A DNA stretch of 60,000 nucleotides from Vicugna vicugna (lineage: Eukaryota). Below are positions 34,570 to 47,346 of the stretch, piece after piece; within the stretch, counting starts at the first letter, position 1, and each line of letters begins with the position of its first letter. A program made the translations under genes and the position numbers. A model generated the notes under the pieces. The model worked only from the letters and a program-made list of their open reading frames with translations, ran no database searches and was not told where the DNA came from. The DNA is taken from the NCBI GenBank assembly GCA_013265495.1, contig MU058645.1, forward strand, positions 910,995 through 970,994. The letters run 5' to 3'.

Positions 34570-36805
34570 CTCTTAACTACTCGGAATCATGCTGCCAGGC
34601 CACGGGCTAAACTCATTCAGAACGTCTCCTATTGTTACTCTTCTCAGTTCCCACAGTTGAAGACCACTTCCATTTTGGACATTAACACAACACACCACTC
34701 TCCAAGGAGTCCAAAATGATCTGTCACCTTCCCATCCTGAGATCAGCAACACAACTGGCACTTCAACATCACTCACCGTGTCTTACAACCAGAGTCAGAC
34801 TCTTCTTTAAGGAGGAAATGGAGAACTTGGGGACCAAATTCCTCATGGAATTCCAGCCCTCAGTCCTCAGCCTCCTTCCCCCACTCCCTCTCCTCACAGC
34901 AGTTATCACTCCCGCGTGCACACACCACCCGCCTTCCCAGTTTCCAGCAGAACTTCAGCGACTGCTGCCGGGCGCTTGCTGCGCACACCTGTAAGGCTGT
35001 GACTAGAGGCTTAGCTGAGATCATGAGTAAAAATCACTGCTTTCAAGTGATGGCACGGGATTTCACAAGGCAACAGATAACAATATTAATTATTTACAAA
35101 AACATGCGTTGCACCTGCATTCAAATGTAGACATATCAAATAAAACTGACACCCTGCAGATGATTTTAACTCGTTTAGCACATATTTGTTTCTTAAAACA
35201 ATTATGTTAAAAGCAGCTCCCTTAGGCAATAAATCCTTATGTTTAACTTAACTCCCATTTTCCATCCCAACCAGGCTCCCCTGTAATAAAGCCAGAACCC
35301 ATCTGACGTGTCTGTAGAGCACTTTATCCAAAGAGTCCCAAAGGCTTTACAGATTTCATTCCATCAGAGGGAAGGGAGTGAATTATTCACTTTATAGAAA
35401 GCGGTGAATAATGTTTCCAGGCTTCTTCAGTCAACCACCGCCAACAGTGATGAACGAAACCAGGCTCCTCCAGCCATTTACCGGCCAGCATCCATCTGTA
35501 AGTTTGCTGAGACCCAGAGAGACTAGATCTGCCCCAGGCCAGGCCTCCATGCACCTTCCTGTCTCTAGGCACAAGCCATCTTTCCTCTCTTCACCCTGAT
35601 GTTCACTCACCAAGTCAAAATGTGGAAAAAGAAAGTGAGAACATTTCAAAACCTTAAGAACCAATGCACAAAATGGTCCCCAGTTACTCTGAAATGTTCA
35701 TGTCATTTCCAAGAACGAGCCTCCATCCCATCCCAAGAGCCTTACTCTTGCCGTTCATCCCCACAATTCAGTTTAGTCTGGCCTCCATATTACCATCAGT
35801 CACCGATGGAAGCAGAACGAAAAAGGAACGGTGGCCGGTTAAAATAAAATAATGTCTAAAGGCAGACACTATCTACATATATAAATTGTAGCAACCATGA
35901 GAAAATCATCAATAAAACACTAAAGAAGACAAAAAAACTGCAAGAGGCCTCTACTAAGGAACCAGCGAGATAGCCCAAATCACTTCTTAGCGTGCGCCAT
36001 GCTTTTTCTCAGAGAGGCAACCAGTATCATTCCGTTTTTGCTCAAGGAAAATAAACGGGGAGGAAATGCAACATTTGACTGTGTTAGCTTCTGGAAAATT
36101 CAACAATAACTCCCTAGAACCACTCAGTCAACCAACATCAATCAAGCACTGTGCCAGGACTGACAGGGGTATAAACCTGCACTGTCCCTGCCTAGAAGGC
36201 GATCCACTGGGCATAGCTTTATGTTTTCTACCAGTGACCAAGACTTACCTGGGCAGTGTCTTGAAAGATCTAACCACAGGATTTTAAATTTATCACTAGG
36301 AACACACTCACCCCCCAAATATTCTTTTTAATGTTAGCGTTACTTACACCATGGTAATAACTATATGCAGAGCTGTACATAAACAGCTTTATAGATTAAG
36401 AATCAATGCACTAAACGTTTCAGCTTCACTCTAGTGTCTAATCAATCCAAGAGCAGCTTATTGCTGTGCATATGCCAAATCAATAAAAAAAAACACCTTA
36501 AAAATACCTATAAAATAGAATGCTACACGACAGATACTGAGAGACTACAAGAAGCAATTACACTGTACAATTACATAGCATAATACCAACAGCAAACAGT
36601 TATCTTAACTGCCCATGAAAAATTATGGGGTGTTTAAAGTTAACTTGCTTTCCCATTACATCTTTCTCAAACAAAATCCAATGTCAAGGAGTATATTAAT
36701 AATCCTTTATTCACATATTCTGGCACTGTCACCAAAATTGACATTTTCCGTGTTTAAACAGGACTAAGACAATGATCCATTGTATTGTATCAAAAACTGT
36801 ATGTA

Positions 36806-37035
36806 AAAATTGGGGGTTTGGGATTTGCAGGTACTAACTGCTATACATATGATAAGTAAACAACAAGGAGCTACTGTACAGCACGGGGAACTATATCCAA
36901 TACTTTGTAAAGGCCTAAAATGAAAAGGAATATGAAAAGAAATATATACGTGCGTGTATAACTGAGTCACTGTGCTGTATGCTAGAAATTAACTCAACAT
37001 TGTAAATCAACCATACTTCAACTTAAAAAAAAAGA
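36806..37035 (+). mobile_element. L1 3' end fragment (artiodactyl type)
   Basis: aaattgggggtttgggatttgcag...ctactgtacagcacggggaactatatccaa...cattgtaaatcaaccatacttcaa plus A tail. Confidence 0.9.
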
Positions 37036-38539
37036 ATTAGGCTAAAATACATCATTTCAAAGGGCCTTCTATAGTCAGAAATCCTATGGCCTGAAACCTA
37101 TAACCATCAATTAAGCATTTAAGCCATGCTACCCAGTGATTACCTAGTAGGTCTCTCTAGGATCATCTTTTATTTTTTCCCAACAAAGCATCTCTGCTCC
37201 AGCCAATTCAACTCACTTGTCAATCCCACTCACTCTGTCAACTTCTTCCCCTGATTCTGAAAATAAGCATCATGGAATCCTAGGAGGAAGGAGGCACCTG
37301 AGAAGTCACATAATGCAAAAAAAAAAAAGAAAAATTATATTCAAAGCATGAGCTCCTTTTGGTCCCAAAGAGGACATGGTTTGAGGCAGCAGAAAGACCA
37401 TGTCCTCATTCTCGGTGAAGTGGTCTGTGCTCCGGGGCCCACATAGTTACATCCTTTCGTGGGTCCCTATTGGTCTCCCTTGTCCCTGACTTAGCTCATG
37501 TGACAGGAAAGCCCTGTCTCCCTACAGGTGTATACAGGCCCCTTCAGGCTCCAGCCTCCTGAGCGGGAATGGTGCCATGTGCCAGGAGCATGCAGCCAAT
37601 AGAGTGTCCGACAGATAAAATACTCTGGCTGCTCTCGAAAGGAGAGCATTCCAGAACTGAAGAGCAGCTAACTGCTCTGAAAACCAGGAAAGAATGAGAC
37701 CAGGTTCAGAATCCAAAGAACTGTGCTCTTATTAAGCATAATAAGTAGCAAAGTAAGTGTCCACCCAGGGTAGCAGCTCACAACCTACCTGCTGAAAACA
37801 GCTGAGAATATTCTAAGACGGAAACAGCCAAGCCAGAGTTGCCATAGGGAAGTGGAGAGTTGGGTTTTGGTTTTTTATTTTCAAGACATCTTTTATATGA
37901 GTTCTTCCTCTTTTGTTTGGGTTTTGGTTTTTGCGTTTCATTTTTGCTCTATAAACTAACATTATACTTGAAGCTAAAATAGATGCTTTAAATTTTACCG
38001 TGATTAAATAACTATTTCATGTGAATACAGCCATAGCGTTTCACAGGTTTGTGTGGGCTGTGTTTTCACACCCTGCCCAAAGCGAAGCACCGTCGTGCTG
38101 CCCAGAAAAGCGACTCCAGGGACCGGGAGTGAGGGACGTCTGCGGCTGGAAATTAGAAGTCTCTCCTGGCTTAGGGCCCCAAACCGCACACCTGACGGGA
38201 GCTTTAGGGAAGTGGCGGCAGGTGCTCAGACCACACCCCAGTATCTCTAACTGTTCAATAATCTGCACTCCCGTATCTCATTCTGCTCCATCCTCACCCC
38301 AGCAGAGCCTCACCATGAAGTCGGTGTCCCCCTAGGAACCGGCCCAGCTCTGCCAAGCACTGATTTAGGCCGGACAGGCCCTCGACGGTATGCTGCGATT
38401 ACCATGAGGTCATGCTCAGCCCGCGGAGGTCAGCTGGGGCCCAGCCCACTCAGGGACTCCGGCTGGTGGGGCAGCTGCGACCCGGAGCACGGCCAGTCTC
38501 AGAGGCAGACGGAAACGGGACACGGGAGTCACTGAATCT

Positions 38540-38690
38540 CCCACAGGAAGTGACAAGCCTCCCCACCCCACTTCCTCTTGCACGTCATTGGATGGAGTGA
38601 GTCATGTGGCCACACCCCTTGCACATCATTGGTCAGAGCAAGTCATGTGGCCGCCCCTGACTCCCAGGGAGTGGAGATCAGGATCCCACT
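38540..38690 (-). mobile_element. MLT1-type LTR fragment with an internal 41-bp tandem duplication
   Basis: The motif cac-tcattgg--agagcaagtcatgtggcc matches the reverse strand of old MLT1 LTRs and occurs twice (38577-38617, 38618-38658). Confidence 0.55.
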
Positions 38691-39022
38691 GAGGTGCTAA
38701 GCGAAGGGGAATGTCTCTGTGAGCGCTCCTGAGGGTCATCACCGAGCCCGAGTGATTCCAACCTATCCAGCCTGCAGTCCGTGTGAAGAAGCTAAGTGCT
38801 CTTCACTATGGGAGATGTGGGTGTCCGGGAATGACCACCAGGAATGTAAATCCTTACCTGACTGCGCTGCAGACGGGGCTAGATCATGGCTGTTCAACAG
38901 ACCCACCTGGAGCCCATTAACGAATAGTCATTGCACGGCCCCCAACCAGGTCCACTGAGCGTAATCTTAGGTTGTGGTTTCCGGGGGAACTGCTGAACCC
39001 ATGGCCTCCTAAGATCCTTCCT

Positions 39023-39150
39023 GCTCAAGTGGTAGAGAGCGTGTTTAGCATGCACAAGGTCCTGGGTTCAATCCCCAGGACCTCCCCTAAAGATAAATAA
39101 ATCGATAGATCTAATTACCTCCTCCCCAAAATATAAATGAAATAAAATAG
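39023..39150 (+). mobile_element. Camelid-type tRNA-derived SINE
   Basis: gctcaagtggtagag...ttagcatgcacaaggtcctgggttcaatcccc, then the tail ctaattacctcctcccc and an A-rich end. Confidence 0.88.
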
Positions 39151-39635
39151 AGGCCCTTCCCCACCCCATTTCCCCCCATGTCATCCCTTCTAAGATCGCC
39201 TGTTATCTAGATTTAGAAAGGAGACTGTGGCCAAAATTTGCTCATGCATCTAACCCCCAGGGCTAAGTCCGTCAGAGCAGCATTACATCACTGCCTCCTG
39301 AATATTTATAGTCCACATTTAAATGTTACCTGAACCAAAGGTAGCTTTGAGAGGGTAAAGCTGTAAGAGCAGAGGAAAGTGGGCATTCCAGTTCAGCCGA
39401 GGCTTCCCGATGCCTGTGGCTGCTCAGGTGTGGTGGCTGTTCATGTGCAAACATCTGAAAGGTATCATCCAGATGAGACATCGTCCTCATTAGGGTCCAT
39501 CATTAACTGAGAAAACAAAGATGTATGGAAAGAATCTTCATTTTGTTTTCTCCTGAAAGTGGCTGTAATTTCAATTTCTCCAAGTAAATGTGGCTCCATT
39601 AAGTTGTTTTATAAATAAATGCTTCGTTTTTACAG

Positions 39636-39812
39636 TTCTTGCTTCAGCCAATTCTCCTCTTCATTTCTAACTCTTTTGACTGGAGGACCCCTGGAGAAAG
39701 TAGTTTAGAGAGTTTCATCCTTATTAGATGCAGATCAAGCAGATCCTGCTCACTTGGTTTCAGCTTTTCTGTCACGGCATCAGGGGCAGGATATTATTTG
39801 CAAGCAGCCAAG
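39636..39812 (+). other. Candidate 177-nt exon, open in phase 0, product unrecognised
   Basis: Acceptor gcttcgtttttacag and donor AAG|GTAATT; 59 codons without a stop. Confidence 0.2.
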
Positions 39813-40689
39813 GTAATTACCATCCAGCAGGGTCCAATTGTTTTCAATTAAAAGCTTTACTGCAGTCTTTAGTTTTTAATACCATTGTGGCCATCTGCTT
39901 TCACTGAAGATCTACCAGCCAAAAGCCCAGGCCACATCTTAAAGCCATTAACTCCTGAGAACCACTTTCCTCCAAAATGAAAAACTCAATAGTCCAGGGA
40001 AAAGATGGTGATAGTCCTGTGGATCTTTGGTGGCCTGGGGAGTGGTTCAGGACTCTAGAAGGTCACTTTCAGAGAGACAAGACTTCCTCTTCTTGCAGAA
40101 GTACAAGGCAATTGTCTTAATTCTACTCTACACTTCACTTCAACAGAGGATGCTCAAATTTCACTGCTCAGCTTCCCAGTTTCCAATCAGCCTCCATATA
40201 ATAAAGCTCTAGTGTAGGAGGTCTCTGAATTGTAATTGCATCAAATGTATTGTTTTGATGGAGACATTTTCCATTTATTGATATTCACTATTAACTCTGA
40301 GTAGCTCACCATGACCTGACCCAAAATCTCGGTGGGGGTGAATTGTGAAGAGCCACCCAGGTTACTCAGTAGAGGCTCATGTTATGATAGAAGGCATTTT
40401 AACTGTTTCATAGCTTAGATGAGCCTGGGCTCCATTTCTGAGATCACAAAATTACCAGAAATCAACTTGGGTGTTTTACGGACTTCTCAGGGGTGACAGC
40501 CCAAGGGCTCGGCTTAGAGTTTCCAGCACAAATTCAGCTCCCTCCTGGTGGTGTAAACTGCAGATTGGCTCCCCCAAAAGCCACTTGCTTAGCTCAGTTT
40601 CCTCACCTTCCTCTACAACACAGGCTGTCTTGAAGCTGCAGGTGGCCATGGGACACAGCCCTAGCCAATGAGAGAGACACACAAGTCCC

Positions 40690-41040
40690 AGAGAGGGGTC
40701 CCTTCCCAAATGAAAAGGCAAAGCCTTGCAAAGAGAAACCATGGGGCCCTTTTGTGTCCTTTCCCCTTGTCTTTTCTCTGCATGCATCTTGGACCAGGAG
40801 TGTGAAGAGGCAGCCACCATCTTATGAATGTGGATCAGTAAACATGAAAACAGAGGCATAAACACTAAGGATGGTGGAGCAAAAAATCAGGAGGACCTGA
40901 GTCCCAAACAGTACAGGACCAGCCCTAGACTGCTGGCACCCAGACCTCTGATATGTGAGGCACAAAAATCACAAGCTGTTTCAGACCAACCAGTAGGATT
41001 GCTGTTAATTGGGAGGAAAAAAATCATTTCTAACTAATAG
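40690..41040 (+). mobile_element. MLT1J-like LTR fragment
   Basis: gcagccaccatctt...aaggatggtggagc...accagccctagactgc...cagacctctgatatgtgagg...ctaactaatag. Confidence 0.6.
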
Positions 41041-41231
41041 AGTAATCAAACCAAAATGGTGACAAAAGAATCTGAGAAAAGCAGAGTACCCTGCCTCCTG
41101 GGTCCAGACCAAGAAAGTATTTCTGTTTTGAGGTGGCAAGTTTAATCTCTTAATTCTCAGTTATAGGGGAAAAAATCTTGAAGGAACTAGCCAAACTAAA
41201 AGAATTTTGAATGTGAAATCAGAAATCTATG

Positions 41232-41620
41232 TGTAATAGTTGTTGCTATTCTCCAAATATTTCTGGATTTCCTTCTTCCAGAAACATAAGATTATGCTTC
41301 CATGATGCTTTTGACAGGTTGCAAAACTACATGTTTTTGTTTTTGTTTTTGTTTTGCTCTTGAAACAAGAACCCAAATGAAGGGTGATTCCCCAGCTGAA
41401 ACTTTAAAAACTAGTGTGTGTTTGCCTAGTTCTAGTTCTCCAGCTGAGATGATGGAGACTCACATGTCAAAACAAAGCATCTTGTCAATCTGGGTCTCCA
41501 AAGGTCTACCACGAGCAGTGCCCCCTGCTGACCCACACTGGACATGCAGCCAGAGTAAGGAATAAACCTGTATTGTAGATGTTAGAGCTGTTTGTTACAG
41601 CAGCACAACCTATCCCATGG
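41232..41620 (+). mobile_element. MLT1I-like LTR
   Basis: cctgctgacccacactggacatgcagc...aataaacctgtattg...tgtttgttacagcagcacaaccta. Confidence 0.7.
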
Positions 41621-41765
41621 GGCTGCTACACCTGTGAGCAAACAAGCCCTAGACAGTGCAGGAATATCAAGTGGGAGGAAAGGATCTAGAAAAAGATTAA
41701 AAATTCACTAAGGAATTTTTAAGCAGATGTGCCAAGGAATGTTATGAAGAGTAAAAGACAAGAGT

Positions 41766-41942
41766 GGTGGTTCCCAAACCTTGTTGTGCATTACAGTCAC
41801 TGGGGCAGCGTCTCATAATCCTGATTCCCAGGTCAACATCCACAAATCTTAACACCCGGAATGCCTGAGGATGGGAGCCGGCATCAGAATGTTATAAATA
41901 TCCCCAAGTAATTCCCACATGCAAGAAAGTTTGGGAATGATT
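41766..41942. mobile_element. MER5A1-like hAT MITE
   Basis: Degenerate terminal inverted repeats gtggttcccaaac ... gtttgggaatga with a MER5-type interior. Confidence 0.72.
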
Positions 41943-43619
41943 CTATCGAAGTTTTTTTTCTTAATTAAAAAAAAATTTTTTGATGAGCATAAAAATATTC
42001 ATGTCAAGGAAGTCAAAGAACAATGGTGGCCATGCTGTAAAAGAACATAAAGATTGAACTGGGGGAAGGGGGTGCAAATAGCAGCCTATCCATGTCACAC
42101 GGGTAGAAAGAGAGGGAACACCTCCCCTAAACACTCCTGTAACACCCTCTCAGTGCATATTCAAGGGACTGACTGCCTGTGGCTTTAGTTACCTAATATC
42201 ATCTCAAGGAGTTAGCTTTTTCAGCAAAATGTGACAGCATCTTTGAAATTGCTTCTATAAAGACAAGTTCCCCAGATACGCATACCCCCCTGCTCTCGCC
42301 AGGCTCTTTGCTTGGGTTATCCTCAGGAAGTCCTGGTAGGTTCCCTGCAGTGCAGGTCTGGGTCTGGGCTTCAGGAAGGAGAGGACCAGGCTCCCCTCTA
42401 CGCTCAACAGTTTGTCCTGGATACAAAGTCCTGTCCCAGTCTGGAACATGCCTCTGCCTTCATGCAAAATCAAACACTGGAAATCTCATTGTATTGAATT
42501 GCTCTTTCTAGAAATGAACAAAGAAAGAAATTAGGTAAATTCTTCATGCACAATTTGTCCCTCAAATATCCCAAACTGTTTTTTATAAGGAAGGTCAGCC
42601 CAACCTGGAAAAGTCCCAGGAGCCCTTCGGTGCCTGTTTGTAATGAGCCTAAATATGCACCATTAATGACCCCCGTCCTCTGTCCGCTGCCATTCCTGCC
42701 CACCGCCACGCCCAGCAGTCTTTCCTGTTAGGCCCTTGGAGTTATTCAAGAAACCGTGCACGTAGCAGGGCAATCAGATGCCTTCTCCTCAGATGGCTTG
42801 GCGAGTGGCCACTTCCTGTGGTTGTCAAATGAAAAGAGAAAAACTAGCACATCCCCGATGACTTACTGTATCACTTCCCGTATCTGACTATCTGGCAGCT
42901 GGCAGAGTTAACACCACTCATAAATTAAGATCCTTTTGCGTGGGTGCCACAGCTGAGCCCTCCACCCCGTTTTGCTGATTATAAGGAAACGTTGCCAGGA
43001 CTTCCATTATGAATAGTCATTTCCTAAAATGTAGCTCCAACAGCACTGACATCTAATCAAGTACTAAATGAATGAACAGAGGCTGTGTATGCACCCTGGC
43101 TACCTCTGAGCTCATTCTGAAGATGAAAAGGGCTTCCTTGATGTTCTCCCGGTGCACAGGATGTCCCCGATGTCAGCTCTCACCACGACCCCCACGGACC
43201 TCCAGCCTCCAGGCCACCCCCCACACTTTTCCTCACTTCCGGGCTGCCCAGTTCCTCACCCCCACCCCGTCATGCCCTGGCCTACGAGCAGAGTCAAGGT
43301 GAGCTCCACCTCCTGCACTTTGCCCGACAACTCAGAGGCCCTGTGGTGCTGAGGCTGGACAGCTCCATTAGCGCCCCTTCATCCTCTCTGGGCAGGTGCA
43401 CAGGTGCGCGGGCAACATCGTGCTGATGTTAGCAGATTCCCTTTCTGGCCTGGCTGATATTTGGGGGAAAAGACTCTCCTGATGCCGTAAGTCATTTTGT
43501 ATGTGGTTTTGTCTTGTTTTGTTCAGTGTAGAATTGTGAGTGGCATGAGATTTGGGGTCCAATGGCCCAATTTTCATGCTGGGTTTGTTTTACAAAATGT
43601 GGCCCCAGCAGCCCATTTA

Positions 43620-43975
43620 GGAAGTGAGCTGGGTTTGGGCAAATCACAATCTCTCTGACCCGCAGGTTCCCCAAAATCTATATTCATAAGATTGCTGTAA
43701 GAATCAGTAAGATAGTGTATGTGAAAGTACTTTACAAAATGAAAATACATTAGCTGTAATTATTGCTAAAAATAATAAGAATGGAGGAAACAACTCAGTT
43801 TTAATTGTGACTTCACTATCCATGAGCCACATGACCTTAAACAAGATCCTTAGTACCTCCGGGCCTTCACTCAACTCACTTCTCATTCCTAAGTTTGTGG
43901 TGAAGCTTAAGACAAGGTGCTATGAAATACACACCACAGTACTGGACAAAAAGTAAGAGCTCAGTGAATGACAAC
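43620..43975 (+). mobile_element. Two tandem MIR fragments
   Basis: ttgggcaaatcacaatctctctgacc...gtatgtgaaagtacttt (about 43620-43770) and catgaccttaaacaagatccttagtacctccgggcct...agctcagtgaatg (about 43810-43975). Confidence 0.65.
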
Positions 43976-44621
43976 TGCCTTTAGTTTTATTCTTCTTCTT
44001 GTTTGAATAGGACATGCAGATAAAAGACTTGTCCAAGAAAAATAGATGAAGTGCCATTTTTATATATTCTGTGAGTCTCAAAAAGAAAAGACTGGGGAAG
44101 CAGGCTTTTCACATTTCCAAAATGACTTTGATTCAAAAATAAAGACCAACACTTGATAGCTCCAGAATATTGTCTAGCAGATTTGGGAACTCTGAAAAAA
44201 AAAATGAGAACAGCTGACACACTACAGCTTAAATAAAATCAGCCACTGAAATTGCTCTGCAATTTGTTTCAGTGTTTTTCTGTGGATTTCTTTTTTTAAC
44301 CATACATGTGTCCTAAATATATAATTATATGGCAGAATATAATAGCTCATTTAGAGTTATTGAGGTCTATTATATAATCCAATAGGATCATGGGGCGGTG
44401 TTTGGAGAGGAGGGGTGGTTATTAACTTGAATGAGTATCAAACACAAGCCTGGATAGATGTTAATAGACGGTCTTAGTTCCCATTTTCTTCTTGTCTTTG
44501 CCAGTCTCCCCAAGGACAGATCGCTTCCTTGCCAAAAACTAAACTGTTTTAAATTGATGCTACATATTCATTCAAAAGATCAAAGAAGCTTCTATGTAAA
44601 ATTTCTTAAGGGCAGAACGTA

Positions 44622-44681
44622 AGTGTGGGTGTGTATGCATATGTGTCTGTGTGTCTGTCTGTCTGGAGCGTGTGTGTGTGT
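44622..44681. repeat. Degenerate (TG)n microsatellite
   Basis: gtgtgggtgtgtatgcatatgtgtctgtgtgtctgtctgtctggagcgtgtgtgtgtg. Confidence 0.75.
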
Positions 44682-44859
44682 TCCAAAACGCTAGAACCTG
44701 TGTCTTAGGCATAGCAGACCCTCCATTTTTCAAGGAATAGATAAGAGATGCAAATCCCTCCCTCCCCAGACACCTCTTTGCACCAGGCTGTGAAGTGTGT
44801 GCATGTGTGTAACTCGTAGGCCAAGCAGGAAAACACAGTTTTCCTCCCACCCTCACTTG

Positions 44860-45130
44860 GATTGCAAACAGAATTGGCCAGAGCCATGATCTCCTAGTAG
44901 AGTTAATCGTCTTGCCAATAGATCCCTGTTGATTAACTGATGGATTCAGTGCAGGCTTTTGGTCAATTTCCATTCCTGCTGCATAGTTTCTCTCCCTTCA
45001 AGATAAATTAGTCAGGGCGTTGGAAGCCATATGGTCAAGATCCGCTATCTAAATTATTTTTAATCCCAAGGAAAACCAAGATGGATGAAAGCTTGGGTAT
45101 GCCTTAGACAGCTGACCCCTAGGGGTCAAG
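44860..45130. promoter_or_regulatory. Candidate developmental enhancer (homeodomain / nuclear-receptor motif cluster)
   Basis: TGATTAAC-TGATGGAT at 44930-44945, several TAAT/ATTA cores, AGATAA, and the perfect palindrome TGACCCCTAGGGGTCA at 45113-45128, all in non-repeat sequence. Confidence 0.3.
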
Positions 45131-46239
45131 GACAGAAATACCTCGTCATCACCCGGCTGTGTGTACAAGTGCTCTCGGGTTCTGAGCTGTCGGGCCAGGA
45201 GTCCAGGCCGCTTATTTAAGCCAATTCAGACAGACCCAGTCAATCTTTAACTTCTTGCAGTTAAAGTTTGTGAAGAATCACATTTCATCCAAAGTACATT
45301 CATCTACTGAGGGGCAGCTCCACTGCTTGCACAGAAAACTGTCGCCCACAGAGGCCAACAGAGCTCGTGAGTGGCACTTGTGTGGGGCCCCAACACTGCA
45401 CGGCTGCTCCAGAATATGTGTGTTCACTGTCACCGGAGGACTTTCTCACCAGGCCTGGTCCTTGCCTTCCATTCACATGTCTCCAGGGGTCCTTAATAAG
45501 GTGTCTGTCTATCTTCTCTCTGGAATTCACAGGAACCTTCTGGGGCTCCCAGGTATCTGTGACCAACCAAGTGCCCCAGCCATCATGTTGGGTTTGGTAC
45601 CCTAAGTATTTTCAGCCAAAAATTAGATTCTGGGATCTAATTTTCAAGACCCCCTCTTCTCTAGGGTTCAATCCTGGGCCAGTACTTGCCCAACACACCT
45701 GGCCATGTAGTGTCAGCTCTCCCCCAAGAGGCTGGCAAGCTCTGCGTGGACTACATCCTGGGGGTCCCAGCTTTCTTCTCGTCACTGTAGCTATCCCGCT
45801 GCTAAGGGTGGATGTGGGTCTCCGTCTAGTGGAGGAGCCCAGACACGAGGAGGGCCGTAGGTGTGTGGAGGCCACACGTATGGGTGGGCGTGCTCTCTGC
45901 TGCAGGTGGAAAGCCCTGTGATGGGAGAGGGAGGAGCTCTCTCAGCCCGTGTGGGGCTCTCGGGATACAGTGGGACTGAGGTGTGCTCCTACGATGGCCC
46001 GGCGAGGGAGCCAGGTGAAAGGAGTAAGGGACGATGGAAGGAACACATCTTGGGGAGAAAGACCATTGTGCCTTCCGTCTTTCCATGATATGCCTTCAAA
46101 ATACCCCAGTGTTGACTTGGGTCCAGCTGGTATCAAGCTGTCATTCCATCCCCATGATGGTGCTTCGACAATATCCTCCTTTGCTTCCACCAACCATTTC
46201 TTGCTTCAGTCTTGCTCTCAAGCTTTCTGACTTCTCTCC

Positions 46240-46620
46240 AAAATAAACCCTCTGCTCCACCCAGAGCTAGCTGCTTCTCTCCCACAGAAACCAGTGCACG
46301 TTCCCAGGAGTCGGCGAGATCTGATGATAAACTGCCCCAGCCTTTTCTGATTCGTCCTCAGGATCCATCTAGACCAGCTTCTTGTCATAAAAGAATTGAC
46401 CATCGGGGGTGGGTGATCAAACAGGACTGGATCCTACCACCCCAACCCCAAAACAAGCCTCCCGGCCTTTGTTCCTGCGGTTTCCCCCATCAGGACACCC
46501 TCCCTTGCTTTCTCCACCAAAATCTCACCGTCTCCCAGGGCTCCACTCACACCCCACCTCCTCTGTGATGCCTTCCCTGATGAGCCTAACCGGATGGGAC
46601 TGCTTGCTCCTGTGAACCAA
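46240..46620 (+). mobile_element. L2 LINE fragment
   Basis: cctcccggcctttgttcctgcggtttccc...cacctcctctgtgatgccttccctga matches the L2 3' region. Confidence 0.6.
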
Positions 46621-46759
46621 CCCCTGCCAGCCCTGCAGATCAGGAGAAGGGGCATGATCAGCTTCTCTAGTGAAACTGAGCACCTACTGTGAGCTGGGGG
46701 CTTCTCCCAGCACTCTGTGCCTAGAACGAATTTCATCCTCTTTGACGGTACTGCTAATC

Positions 46760-46880
46760 GTCTCCATCCATAGGAGAGGAAGCCGAGTCATAAAGAGGGC
46801 AGTTAGCTTGCCCAGGTCACCACCAGTAAGTCTCCAAGTGGGCTCAAACCCCAGCCCACGGGCCCTGGAGCTTACCTTCC
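46760..46880 (-). mobile_element. MIR SINE fragment
   Basis: gcttgcccaggtcaccaccagtaagt...gggctcaaaccccag. Confidence 0.6.
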
Positions 46881-47139
46881 GCACCGCTCGCCCCCGCGGT
46901 ACCTCATGAAGCCACGCTCCTGTGTTTTATCTTTTTCACTGGACACAGCCTGGCAAAGTCTTGCATCAGCTTTTGGTTTTGTGATTTTCTGGGCCCATGA
47001 CATCGCTCCAGCCAGACGGCCAATTCCACGGGGCCTGGGTGCAAGCTTCTTAGAATGAAGCTGCCAGACAGCAAGAATCCACACTCTCCTGCCTTGGAAC
47101 GCGGGGGACGCTGGTTAAGCTGTCTCCCTGGCTTTGTGG

Positions 47140-47346
47140 TTTTGTTTTGTTTTGTCTTTAATTGAAGTATAGTCAGTTACAATGTGTCGATTTCTGGCGT
47201 ACAGCACAATGCCCCAGTCACGCATACATATACACATACTCATTTTCATACTCTTCCTCATTAACGGTTTCCACAAGATATTGAATACAGATCTCTGTGC
47301 TATACAGAAGACACTTGTTTTTTAATTTATTTTTATAGATAGTGGT
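47140..47346 (-). mobile_element. L1 3' end fragment (camelid type)
   Basis: T-rich tail, then attgaagtatagtcagttacaatgtgtc...caagatattgaatacag...ctgtgctatacag; reverse complement of the 57997 copy. Confidence 0.88.
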
